Below are positions 1 through 8,272 of a DNA stretch of 64,000 nt, piece after piece. The notes below the pieces were generated by a model, which was not told the DNA's origin, ran no database searches, and saw nothing but the letters and a program-made list of their open reading frames with translations. Source of the DNA: Microgenomates group bacterium. GTDB lineage: Bacteria > Patescibacteriota > Microgenomatia > Daviesbacterales > UBA10151. Every line of letters starts with the position of its first letter. Within the stretch, counting starts at the first letter, position 1. Location of the stretch: NCBI GenBank assembly GCA_041659805.1, contig JBAZXP010000001.1, positions 966,841 through 1,030,840 on the forward strand. The letters are read 5' to 3'. The position numbers were made by a program, and so were the translations under genes.

Positions 1-47
1 TGCAAAATGCTTCGTTCTTCAAAGATACTGTTCTCAACGCCTTCAAG

Positions 48-572
48 TTGGTTGTTATACTTGAGTTTGTCATCAACTTTTACACCCTAAACTTCTGGCT
101 AGAGATGGTTTTGATACCAACTCTCGTAATTATAGGTGGAATGAGCGCTTTAACTGAAATACAGGCAGAATATAAAACGGTAAAGAGGTTTATAAATTCG
201 CTCTTGGCTATCATAGGATTCCTCATGGTTATTTATGCAACGGGTAATGTAGTCGCAAATTATCAAACTTTCGTAACACTAAAAAATCTCAACACTCTTG
301 TTTTACCTCCATTGTTAACCCTGTTCTATATTCCTTATCTCTACTTCTTCGCCCTAATCATGGCTTACGAAACTTTATTTGTGAGACTGGGTATCTTCGT
401 TAAAGACAAGCATCTGCTGGATTTCACTAAGCAAAGGGTTTTTCTTTTATGCAATCTAAATCTAGGAAAACTCAATCTATTCGCACGAACCTACACGAGG
501 GAATTTATGGAATTTAATAACAAAAGTGATGTTAAAAAATTGATTAGCAATTTTCAGCTAAAAAACAAGTAA
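48..572 (+). CDS. hypothetical polytopic membrane protein (may start left of window)
   Basis: 174-aa ORF with several hydrophobic helices and no diagnostic motif; an open frame continues to base 1. Confidence 0.4.
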   Translation: MVVILEFVINFYTLNFWLEMVLIPTLVIIGGMSALTEIQAEYKTVKRFINSLLAIIGFLMVIYATGNVVANYQTFVTLKNLNTLVLPPLLTLFYIPYLYFFALIMAYETLFVRLGIFVKDKHLLDFTKQRVFLLCNLNLGKLNLFARTYTREFMEFNNKSDVKKLISNFQLKNK

Positions 573-577
573 AAGTT

Positions 578-1195
578 ATGAACAATCTACTCCGCGTAAA
601 GGTAAATGGCAATCCGATAATGAAATTTTGCCTAAGTAAAGATAGGCAGGATTTTTATTGTTATTTCCCTCCAATTTCACAAGATAAGCACACAATAGAA
701 GTTCACTTTTCCTTCCACTCTAAAACTGGAAGAACGACATTCAAAACTACCAGCATCAAGACCGATCAAAAAGAGTTGTTACCTAGTATTCTCGATACGG
801 TGAAAAATCACCCTTTATACAAAAACGCAGTCACTAAAAACGACTTAGATCTTTATAAAGGTAAAATTATAACCTTCGATGAAAGACAAACTTTCTATCC
901 CTTGTTCACAATCGCTTTGAATATGCAGAATTCGGATGTAAGTAAGCAATTCGGTGAATCAAAAACAACCGATGCAAACTTTCAAAGCGTTTTTGATATA
1001 AAGATTGCTCCTCCGAGTAAGGAACAGATCACTATTAAAGGCTTTGTTGGTAAAAATATCAAAGGAATTCCCAACAAGAAGGATAAAGAATATGACCTAT
1101 CTTTTGCCGTAAACGAAACCAATTTTCTAAATGACAAATATACCTTTATCTTTTGTTTGAGCTACGACTTTCCTGATCTCAACAAGAAAGGATAA
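578..1195 (+). CDS. hypothetical protein
   Basis: 205-aa ORF 5 bp after the previous stop on the same strand; no recognisable motif. Confidence 0.35.
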   Translation: MNNLLRVKVNGNPIMKFCLSKDRQDFYCYFPPISQDKHTIEVHFSFHSKTGRTTFKTTSIKTDQKELLPSILDTVKNHPLYKNAVTKNDLDLYKGKIITFDERQTFYPLFTIALNMQNSDVSKQFGESKTTDANFQSVFDIKIAPPSKEQITIKGFVGKNIKGIPNKKDKEYDLSFAVNETNFLNDKYTFIFCLSYDFPDLNKKG

Positions 1196-1206
1196 AAAAC
1201 TGAACT

Positions 1207-2895
1207 ATGTCAGATTATCGATATTTAAAGGACGAATCTTGGTATATTGACCACTATGATCTCCTCACAATAAAGGAGTGCCTTAAAGTCATTAAAATGT
1301 TCCAAGATGTCTATGACAAATGCTTAACCAGCAAAGAGCTTCAGGGTATGTCTAAAAACGATAAATACATCGATACCACCAAACTGATGTATTGGCAGTT
1401 GTGGTTTGTCCAGGCTCAAGAATATAAAAACAAGAAACAGACAATTGAGAAATGGATGGAAGATGATCGTATAAAGCAGGAAAAATACGACAATGCCGTT
1501 GTGCTTCAAGATGTCCACTGTCCTTCCTGTAAGACCATAATGCAAGTGAGAGAATCCAGACACTTGGAAGACTACATGGATCAGCCAATTCGAGTGATGT
1601 TTCTTGTTCGCTGTCCAAAATGTAAAAAGCAAGAATGGGTTTATGAGAATGGTGAGATAAGGGTGTCAAAACCCGATCTTTGTCCTAAATGCGATAAAGA
1701 GATTGATGTAAAACATGCCAAGAAAGGTCAAGTTATCACCTGGACCCGCAGGTGCAAACATTGTGGGTATACCGAAACTGAGGCAGATGACTTCGAAAAG
1801 AGTCATCGGGAATACCTACAAAAAGAACAGGCAGAAATAGAGTTGTTGGAAAAATATCGCACTGCGTTTTGTTTAACGAACGAACAAGGAGAAAAGTTTT
1901 TATTTGAGCTTGAAGCAATGGAATTTGCCAATCAAATACGCAATGAAGCAAGGCAAAAGTATGATAACAGTGCCTATCAGCAAGTAAGCACATTGAAAAA
2001 ACTAACCATTGTTGAACTTGAAAAGCTCCTTACAGGGGTATTTGAAAAGGAAAACTACATGAAACTGTCCTTTGCTCCTCCTGAAATAAATCAGTTCATT
2101 TTTGCTCCATTTACATTACAGGATGCCGATACCACACGAAGAGAAAATATAAGCACCAGTTTGCTTGAAAAGCTAATAAAAAGCACTTTAGAAAAGACTA
2201 ACTGGCGACTCGTTGATGGTATAAGTTACCGACTCGGTTTTCTATCTGGCAGATTGAAAGGATACGAACGAGAGGAAGATTTGATGAAGCTTTATGAAAA
2301 GCAGAAAGAACCACAAAAACCAATAGATCCAGAAAAGAGAATGAAATATAGTATCAGCAACTGGGTTAGGTTTGCAGAAATGAGGGGCGAGCAGGAAGGG
2401 ATTGAGGCTGCTCGAAAGCGAAGACTTGAAAAAGAGCCAGAAGGCTTTCCTTTAGATAAAGAAGATCATTATAACTGTAGTATTTGTTACGGAGGCCACT
2501 ATGGAGATGAAATGTGGTGGAATTTAGATGGGATTCGCTGTGCTGACTGTTGGCGTAATATCAAGGAAGGCGTTATTCCACCGCTTAAAAAGCACCTTTT
2601 TGATAACGATGTTGAGTGGATTTCAAACTCACAACTAAAATCAGACTACAATGTTCCCACTCCTCTTGTAAGAAAGCTTCGTGAAGAAGGTTTACTTCAC
2701 GCAAGGGAATTAAAGAGCAAGAATGGCGGAACCTACTATACGGTTTACCTTGTTAGTGAAAACCAAGAATTTCTCAAAAAGTATCCTAAAAACAAGAAGG
2801 AAGTGAATAAATCGATACTAACACTAGATATTTCTGGTCATGTGGCGCAAATAGGCGAAGTTCCTGACGAAGAAAAGTCTAATCCAACTGCCTAA
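1207..2895 (+). CDS. hypothetical zinc-ribbon-rich protein
   Basis: 562 aa with at least five CxxC pairs (HCPSCK..CPKCKK, CPKCDK..CKHCGY, CSICYGG..CADCW) and a coiled-coil middle. Confidence 0.45.
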   Translation: MSDYRYLKDESWYIDHYDLLTIKECLKVIKMFQDVYDKCLTSKELQGMSKNDKYIDTTKLMYWQLWFVQAQEYKNKKQTIEKWMEDDRIKQEKYDNAVVLQDVHCPSCKTIMQVRESRHLEDYMDQPIRVMFLVRCPKCKKQEWVYENGEIRVSKPDLCPKCDKEIDVKHAKKGQVITWTRRCKHCGYTETEADDFEKSHREYLQKEQAEIELLEKYRTAFCLTNEQGEKFLFELEAMEFANQIRNEARQKYDNSAYQQVSTLKKLTIVELEKLLTGVFEKENYMKLSFAPPEINQFIFAPFTLQDADTTRRENISTSLLEKLIKSTLEKTNWRLVDGISYRLGFLSGRLKGYEREEDLMKLYEKQKEPQKPIDPEKRMKYSISNWVRFAEMRGEQEGIEAARKRRLEKEPEGFPLDKEDHYNCSICYGGHYGDEMWWNLDGIRCADCWRNIKEGVIPPLKKHLFDNDVEWISNSQLKSDYNVPTPLVRKLREEGLLHARELKSKNGGTYYTVYLVSENQEFLKKYPKNKKEVNKSILTLDISGHVAQIGEVPDEEKSNPTA

Positions 2896-3186
2896 TACCT
2901 TTATGGTAGATTTATGTTCTAGCTGTGTAGAAGGCCATAGGAAGGCTTAGAAGCTGCCTCAAGTATCATTTGTGGTGGAACTGATCTGATAATTCTTCCG
3001 AACTCGTCTCTCATGGCTATTATGCGTTCTTTTCTTGGCTCTGGAAGCTTGAAGTTAAACTTGAATTCTAAGGTTGGGACTGTATAGCATCGGTTCCAAC
3101 TTTCAAACTCATGAAGGAATTATATCAGAGAAAAATGGGTTTTAAGTAGTTTTTGTTTTTTATTCATAACATCTATAATATAGAAA

Positions 3187-3468
3187 ATGGCAATCATATA
3201 CACAGATCACCTAGAAATAAGACTCAAAATTAGAAAATTTCCTTATGATTACCCTAAAATCATATATAACAATCCGGACCAATGTTATTATGATGAAGAC
3301 CAACAAAGTTTTATCTCTATAAAAAAATTACTTTACAACGGAAAAAAGAGAAAAATTTGTATAGCCTACACATTTGATGGTTTAAATGTTAAAATAAAAA
3401 CAATTCATCCTGAAAAAGAGATCACTATTAAAAATAGGATTGCAAAAGGAAGGTGGGTTAAACAATGA
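3187..3468 (+). CDS. DUF4258-like small protein (putative toxin of a DUF4258/DUF2283 pair)
   Basis: 93 aa with N-terminal YTDHLEIRL..NPD pattern typical of DUF4258; 4-bp ATGA overlap with the next gene. Confidence 0.45.
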   Translation: MAIIYTDHLEIRLKIRKFPYDYPKIIYNNPDQCYYDEDQQSFISIKKLLYNGKKRKICIAYTFDGLNVKIKTIHPEKEITIKNRIAKGRWVKQ

Positions 3469-3734
3469 AAAAATTTTACGATCCAGAAACAGATAGCTTA
3501 ATGATAGTTTTTAAAGAAGGTGCTGAAGACTCCTATGAAGAAATTGCACCTGGAATTAACATGGAGTTTGATAAAGAAGGTGAAGTTATTGGAATAGAGG
3601 TATTAAATGTTAGCCTATATGATAAACAAGAATCTTCTGAATCTAAAAGCAATTTCAAAATTTCTCCTGTACTATTAAAAAATAGCGCACCGATGAACTC
3701 GGTTAGCACAAGGTTTTATACAATATCAGCATAA
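3465..3734 (+). CDS. DUF2283-like small protein (putative antitoxin)
   Basis: MKKFYDPETDSLMIVF...EEIAPGINMEFDKEGEVIGIEVLNVS closely matches the DUF2283 consensus (Y-D-x-E-x-D-x-L-x-I..E-I-A-P-G..D..G..I-G-I-E-I-L). Confidence 0.55.
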   Translation: MKKFYDPETDSLMIVFKEGAEDSYEEIAPGINMEFDKEGEVIGIEVLNVSLYDKQESSESKSNFKISPVLLKNSAPMNSVSTRFYTISA

Positions 3735-4196
3735 ATGATTAAGCATATTTGGTCAGTATTATGTCAAAAATCAAGTGTGGATCAATTATCTAATAATATT
3801 AGCTTATTTGATGTATTTGAGGCCTTAGAAGTTGATATTAAATCAGCCTCCAATGTTAAACCTACAACAGATTCTAGTTATAATGTTCCTGTCCAATATC
3901 AAGTAGTTACGTTGCTTTCCAAAGATACAGCGGATTCTAAAGATACTCAATATAGTATTCGCATCACGTTGGTAAATCCGGAAGAGAAAGAAAAGATCCT
4001 AGTTGATCAAAACCTAACTTTCCTAGCTAATAAAAAAAGGATGAGAAGTATTAACCAGATTCAAGGCCTTCCAGTAAATAAGAGCGGTGACTATCATTTT
4101 ATTGTCGAGCTAAAACATGAAGAAAAATTCCAAAAGGTTGCCGATCTTCCATTAGAAGTTAAATTAAATATCAATACATCTCCAAAACAAGCTTAA
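3735..4196 (+). CDS. hypothetical protein
   Basis: 153-aa ORF starting immediately after the previous stop; no motif. Confidence 0.35.
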   Translation: MIKHIWSVLCQKSSVDQLSNNISLFDVFEALEVDIKSASNVKPTTDSSYNVPVQYQVVTLLSKDTADSKDTQYSIRITLVNPEEKEKILVDQNLTFLANKKRMRSINQIQGLPVNKSGDYHFIVELKHEEKFQKVADLPLEVKLNINTSPKQA

Positions 4197-4209
4197 TTTT
4201 TTGGAAGAC

Positions 4210-4887
4210 TTAATCCAGTTTTGTTAAAAACTTTTCAATTTCTTTCATCACAATATTAGTTTCTTTTTCTGATTTCCGGAAATTATGCCCCATTTGAGGC
4301 TGTCTAATTACATAAGGATTATTTGCATTAGCCACTACCCTTTCAGTTTCACTGGGTGGAACATCTTTATCATCAAGCGCTATAAAAATCATAAGTGGTT
4401 TGTGAATATCTTTTACTTCTTCTACCGCCGAATATTGCATTCCATCAATGGCAAAAGTATCTGGGATGTCAAAAGATCTCAGTTTTTCAGGGCTTTCTGG
4501 CAAGTCTCTCTCTGAATGTCTCAATTTCTTACCCTGCCAATTTAAAGCAACACCTACCCTATCAGCTGCAGGACAAAGTGCCACTATCTTATTTACTTCT
4601 TTATTTCTATTTCCTACAATTATTGCAACATATGCACCTAAGCTATGACCAATTAATACAATTTCCTCGGGCTTTTTAATTGCATAAGATTCAACCAAAT
4701 CTGAAACTTGTTTAATATAATTTGTTATTGTGTAATTTTTAACATCTCCTGTCTTCCAAAGGGAACAAGGATCTATTCTTTCTGCTGTATACCCCAGCTC
4801 TTCAAGCCATTTTGCAAAAATCTTCATATGGAGATAATCAGGTGAATCTAAATAACCAGGTAATAATAAAGCTACTTTAAAAGACAT
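4210..4887 (-). CDS. alpha/beta-fold serine hydrolase (esterase/lipase-like)
   Basis: GHSLGA nucleophile-elbow motif (GxSxG) in a 225-aa protein. Confidence 0.6.
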   Translation of the reverse strand: MSFKVALLLPGYLDSPDYLHMKIFAKWLEELGYTAERIDPCSLWKTGDVKNYTITNYIKQVSDLVESYAIKKPEEIVLIGHSLGAYVAIIVGNRNKEVNKIVALCPAADRVGVALNWQGKKLRHSERDLPESPEKLRSFDIPDTFAIDGMQYSAVEEVKDIHKPLMIFIALDDKDVPPSETERVVANANNPYVIRQPQMGHNFRKSEKETNIVMKEIEKFLTKLD

Positions 4888-4898
4888 GAGGAAATTAT

Positions 4899-4924
4899 AG
4901 GATTTTTGGGGAATTTAATCCAGC
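4899..4924 (+). repeat. copy A of a ~26-bp intergenic repeat AGGATTTT(T)GGGGAATTTAATCCAGC with internal GGATT/AATCC inverted repeat
   Basis: The 18-bp core GGGAATTTAATCCAGC(A/G)C recurs at 4909-4926, 5093-5110 and 5757-5774, all in the same orientation. Confidence 0.6.
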
Positions 4925-4950
4925 GCATTCCTTTTTTAATTTAATCAATC

Positions 4951-5076
4951 CAATATCTAACCCCCGAGGTTAGATATTTATTTACTTTAATTTCTATTTC
5001 TATCCACCTCTCAGGTGGACAATGCGTACACCTTCCCGTCAAAGGATTTTTACCACACTTTTTCTAAAAAGTGTGA
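4951..5076 (+). other. three consecutive perfect hairpins: AATATCTAA-N9-TTAGATATT (4951-4978, followed by a T-rich run), TCCACCT-ctc-AGGTGGA (5011-5029), CACACTTTTT-ct-AAAAAGTGTG (5055-5076)
   Basis: Read directly from the sequence; the first hairpin plus a following U-rich tract looks like a plus-strand intrinsic terminator. Confidence 0.4.
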
Positions 5077-5083
5077 AATAAAA

Positions 5084-5108
5084 AGGATTTTGGGGAATTT
5101 AATCCAGC
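5084..5108 (+). repeat. copy B of the ~26-bp repeat
   Basis: AGGATTTTGGGGAATTTAATCCAGC; its 5' half AAAGGATTTT is also duplicated at 5041-5050, flanking the third hairpin. Confidence 0.6.
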
Positions 5109-5166
5109 ACTCTTAATCTTGTTAAATACTAGAATTATCTTTTTTGGTTTGCAATATTTTTCTCAA

Positions 5167-5703
5167 CTAACGTTCATCTAACATAGGCTGAAGAGGATTA
5201 ATAATTTTAAAAGCTTCACTTCTTGGAGCATCCCTAAAAATATTTACTGCGTATACACGCCTCATTATTCGGTGAAAATCTTTTGCACCATGTGTATTTC
5301 CTTCAAACATATAATAACGATGTGCTTCTACTAACCCCTTCCAGCCTTTACCTTCAACTTCAGCGTGGGCAAGTTCTGCAGCCAACTGGTATGTTTTAAT
5401 GGGATTCTTTTTAGCCTCACCCCGGATTTCAGACAGTATCTCCCAAGCCCTATTATCTCTATCCATAGCAGCCTCCCACGATATTTGCATCGGTGTCCTA
5501 TTATGCAATATTTGAACCCGGTCATAACGGGGACCATCTTTAGTGAAAATAATATGGCTATCAGAATAAGGACAAATCGTCCTTGCTTCTCGCCAGTATT
5601 TTCCCAACCCCTCCTTCTCCATGGTAAAGGGGGTCTTTAAAACCAGGCCCTCATCAGAGAGCACATATCCTATTTGTTTTGAATTAAGAGCTATTTTTTC
5701 CAT
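5167..5703 (-). CDS. hypothetical protein
   Basis: 178-aa ORF bracketed by repeat copies B and C; no confident family assignment. Confidence 0.4.
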   Translation of the reverse strand: MEKIALNSKQIGYVLSDEGLVLKTPFTMEKEGLGKYWREARTICPYSDSHIIFTKDGPRYDRVQILHNRTPMQISWEAAMDRDNRAWEILSEIRGEAKKNPIKTYQLAAELAHAEVEGKGWKGLVEAHRYYMFEGNTHGAKDFHRIMRRVYAVNIFRDAPRSEAFKIINPLQPMLDER

Positions 5704-5754
5704 TTGCGGAATTATATCTTATTTGAGGCTAAAATTCTATAACTAGTACTTTTT

Positions 5755-5774
5755 TAGGGAATTTAATCCAGCAC
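5755..5774 (+). repeat. copy C (3' core only) of the ~26-bp repeat
   Basis: TAGGGAATTTAATCCAGCAC lies in the divergent promoter region between the genes starting at 5703 (-) and 5838 (+). Confidence 0.55.
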
Positions 5775-5837
5775 AATTAATGTTACAAAAAATAGGACTT
5801 GAAAAGTAAAAAACTTATGTTATGCTAGCTATGTTTT

Positions 5838-6476
5838 ATGAATAAGAAACTTCCATTAATTATTGGTGTCATAGTTTTGCTTGGAGGATTGGCAGCATTC
5901 ATGCTTCTGTCTAAGGGTAAAAACGTTACTCCTCAATCCCAAAGCACACAAACAATACCAACAGAACAAGAACAGGAAACACCAAAACCAACTGTTCAAC
6001 CAAAATCATTAAAAGACTTGCTTGCTTTAGGCAAAACCCAAAGTTGTACTTTTACAGATGGCAGCAATAGCAAAACAAGCATTTTCTTTGCTAATAACAA
6101 AATGAGGGGTGATTTTGAGGCTACATCGGAAAAAAGTGTAATGAAAACCCATATTATAGTTGATGGTCAAACTTCATATATGTGGATAGATGGTCAAACA
6201 ATGGGCTACAAAATGTCTGTTGATAAAGCAACTGCAGAACAAACAAACACACAACAAAACCAAATTGATTTGAACAAACAAGCTGATTACAACTGCAAAG
6301 ACTGGACTGTCGATTCTTCAGTTTTCAACCTTCCTACAGGAATTAATTTTACAGACCTTAGTAAACTCATTGCTCCTACTGGTGCTGATGGTGGAAACTC
6401 TGCTCAGTGTGCAGCCTGTGATACTCTGCAGGGTGAGGCAAAAACACAGTGCAAAACCGCTTTAAAGTGTAGCTAA
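5838..6476 (+). CDS. secreted/membrane-anchored Cys-rich hypothetical protein
   Basis: N-terminal hydrophobic signal/anchor (LPLIIGVIVLLGGLAAFMLL) and a Cys-rich C-terminus (CAACDTLQGEAKTQCKTALKC); a TTGAAA-N17-TATGCT promoter-like element lies upstream at about 5799-5827. Confidence 0.4.
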   Translation: MNKKLPLIIGVIVLLGGLAAFMLLSKGKNVTPQSQSTQTIPTEQEQETPKPTVQPKSLKDLLALGKTQSCTFTDGSNSKTSIFFANNKMRGDFEATSEKSVMKTHIIVDGQTSYMWIDGQTMGYKMSVDKATAEQTNTQQNQIDLNKQADYNCKDWTVDSSVFNLPTGINFTDLSKLIAPTGADGGNSAQCAACDTLQGEAKTQCKTALKCS

Positions 6477-6489
6477 CAGGGCATCTTTT

Positions 6490-7719
6490 TTGCATTTGAC
6501 AACTTTTCTATTCCCACTTACAGTAAATATAGTGATAATTTCCTATTTTAATAAATTTTACCGCACTTTTAACAGAAAAGTTGTAACTGTAATCTTACTT
6601 TTGATTACCTTATCTGCCATAGGACTCGCAGCTTTTTATTATAAAAGTATTAGTGACCTGACTGCTATGGATTTAAGCCTGCAAAAAAAGCTTAGTGAAA
6701 CAAACAAAGAGTTAGCTGATCTAAAAAATGTTGATCAGGTTAAAATTAATCAAAACTTAAACGATGAAATTAAAAATATTAATTCAGGTTATAAAAACTC
6801 AATCTCTGCATATGAGAAAATTACTGATTTAAAAGCTCAAAAGCTGGATACCTCCAAATTAGATCCTAAATATGCCGATGTTGTCAGACTTTTAGCAGAC
6901 AAAAAGTATAGTTCTGCCTCTGCAAAACTGGCAGATTTAAATACAGAAATCGAAAAAGTTACACCAAAAATAGTTGCCAGTGCTGCTCCTCCTGCTGCAA
7001 ATGCCCCACAAAGCAATAATCCACCAGGATCAGGATTTTCCCGTCAGGTGGTTTCAGTAGATGGTCAAAATTATACAGTTGATATTGTTGCAGCTGACCT
7101 TAATTCAACAAGAGTTATTGTTGATACTGCCTCTGATTCTGATTGTAGAAACAATTGCCCGACATTACCTTTAGCCACTTATGTTTCACGCTCAGGAGCT
7201 TTTGCCGGAATTAACGGTTCCTTCTTTTGTCCTGCAGAATATCCAAGCTGTGCAGGCAAAACCAATTCTTTTGATACTTTAGTGATGAACAAAAACAAAC
7301 ATTATTTTAATTCTGACAATAACGTTTATTCCACCCTTCCCTTAGCTGTTTTTTCTGCAGGTTCTGCCAGATTTCTGGGTCAAACTTTAAGCTGGGGCAG
7401 AGATACTGGGGTTGACGGAGTAATTGCCAATTATCCTTTGCTTGTTTCCGGTAATAATATTGTTTTTACCGAAAGCCCAAATGAACCCAAATTTGGCGGT
7501 AAAGGACCAAGAAGTTTTATTGCTAACAAAGGAAATATGGTTTATATGGGTTATGTTTACAGTGCTTCTATGGGTGAATCTGCCAAAGTTATGCGAGCAA
7601 TGGGTTTTGAAAATGCTTTAAATATGGATGAAGGCGGGTCATCTGCTTTGTGGTATGGGGGTTATAAAATAGGCCCAGGCAGAAATATCCCCAACGCAGT
7701 ACTTTTTGTCAGGAGGTAG
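6490..7719 (+). CDS. membrane-anchored protein with C-terminal phosphodiester-glycosidase-like (DUF2233/NAGPA-like) domain
   Basis: N-terminal TM, coiled-coil, then a C-terminal domain with NMDEGGSSALW, resembling the LDGGGSS motif of the phosphodiester glycosidase family. Confidence 0.45.
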   Translation: MHLTTFLFPLTVNIVIISYFNKFYRTFNRKVVTVILLLITLSAIGLAAFYYKSISDLTAMDLSLQKKLSETNKELADLKNVDQVKINQNLNDEIKNINSGYKNSISAYEKITDLKAQKLDTSKLDPKYADVVRLLADKKYSSASAKLADLNTEIEKVTPKIVASAAPPAANAPQSNNPPGSGFSRQVVSVDGQNYTVDIVAADLNSTRVIVDTASDSDCRNNCPTLPLATYVSRSGAFAGINGSFFCPAEYPSCAGKTNSFDTLVMNKNKHYFNSDNNVYSTLPLAVFSAGSARFLGQTLSWGRDTGVDGVIANYPLLVSGNNIVFTESPNEPKFGGKGPRSFIANKGNMVYMGYVYSASMGESAKVMRAMGFENALNMDEGGSSALWYGGYKIGPGRNIPNAVLFVRR

Positions 7720-8272
7720 GAAACCAAAAATGAATGTGCCTTACTTGTTTGAATGTTCCTCTTACCAATTTTGTATCAATATTAATCGGTCTTTCAAATA
7801 AAATTACCTTATCAGGAGTTAGTCTTAAAACAGTCATCACTTTGGCTATAAATTCAGCCGCAATAATCCTTTCTGTTGCCGGACTTGCCAACCAGATTAA
7901 AGATTGATTTAAGTCATCTGGTAACCAATATGGAAATAAATTTGGAGCTGCAGCCATATCAGAAGGTCCCAAAAAATCTTTTACCTGTCTTTCCAAATCT
8001 TCTTTTTTTTGTGCGTGATACCTATTATATTCATCTTCTGTCTTTATAGGCAAAAGTTCCAAATGACGTATTTTATCTCTGTCTTTTAAAAGTGAGTTAA
8101 ACTTTGGATAAATTTTGGGATCAATAATTCCCGGTTTTTTAAATTCTCTTCCCAATAAAATCTCAGGTGGTGTCATAATTCCCAAAACATCATCAATTAA
8201 TTCTTTATCCACAGATATATCCTCCAAATCAGTTGTTCTTAAAATATTTGGAATAAATAAAAGTTCTTTCAT
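7709..8272 (-). CDS. hypothetical protein, C-terminal H-x-H-x-hydrophobic motif (possible HIT/GalT-like)
   Basis: 187 aa ending ...VRHIHFWFPTS; 4-bp overlap with the upstream PurA-like gene implies co-translation. Confidence 0.3.
   Translation of the reverse strand: MKELLFIPNILRTTDLEDISVDKELIDDVLGIMTPPEILLGREFKKPGIIDPKIYPKFNSLLKDRDKIRHLELLPIKTEDEYNRYHAQKKEDLERQVKDFLGPSDMAAAPNLFPYWLPDDLNQSLIWLASPATERIIAAEFIAKVMTVLRLTPDKVILFERPINIDTKLVRGTFKQVRHIHFWFPTS

Noticed and set aside
1324-1993. Antisense ORFs 1324..1632, 1352..1669, 1736..1993 inside the 562-aa gene
   Set aside because: Fully embedded in a longer, motif-bearing ORF on the opposite strand; no motifs of their own; typical AT-rich antisense artefacts. 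Other embedded short ORFs in the track were rejected for the same reason: 4285..4679, 5331..5640, 7424..7621, 10034..10667, 12167..15073, 15777..16912, 17768..18147, 34038..34277, 36506..37256, 40022..41928 and similar.
2896-3186. tRNA or other structured RNA in the 290-bp spacer (and the other long spacers 11776-12124, 30654-30937)
   Set aside because: No cloverleaf-compatible arrangement (no acceptor-stem complement with a GTTC-like T-loop); only short imperfect palindromes.
4899-5774. The 26-bp repeat as a shared promoter
   Set aside because: Only copy A gives a TGGATT-N17-TATAAT arrangement on the reverse strand; copies B and C lack a -10 at the right spacing, so a generic promoter role is unsupported.
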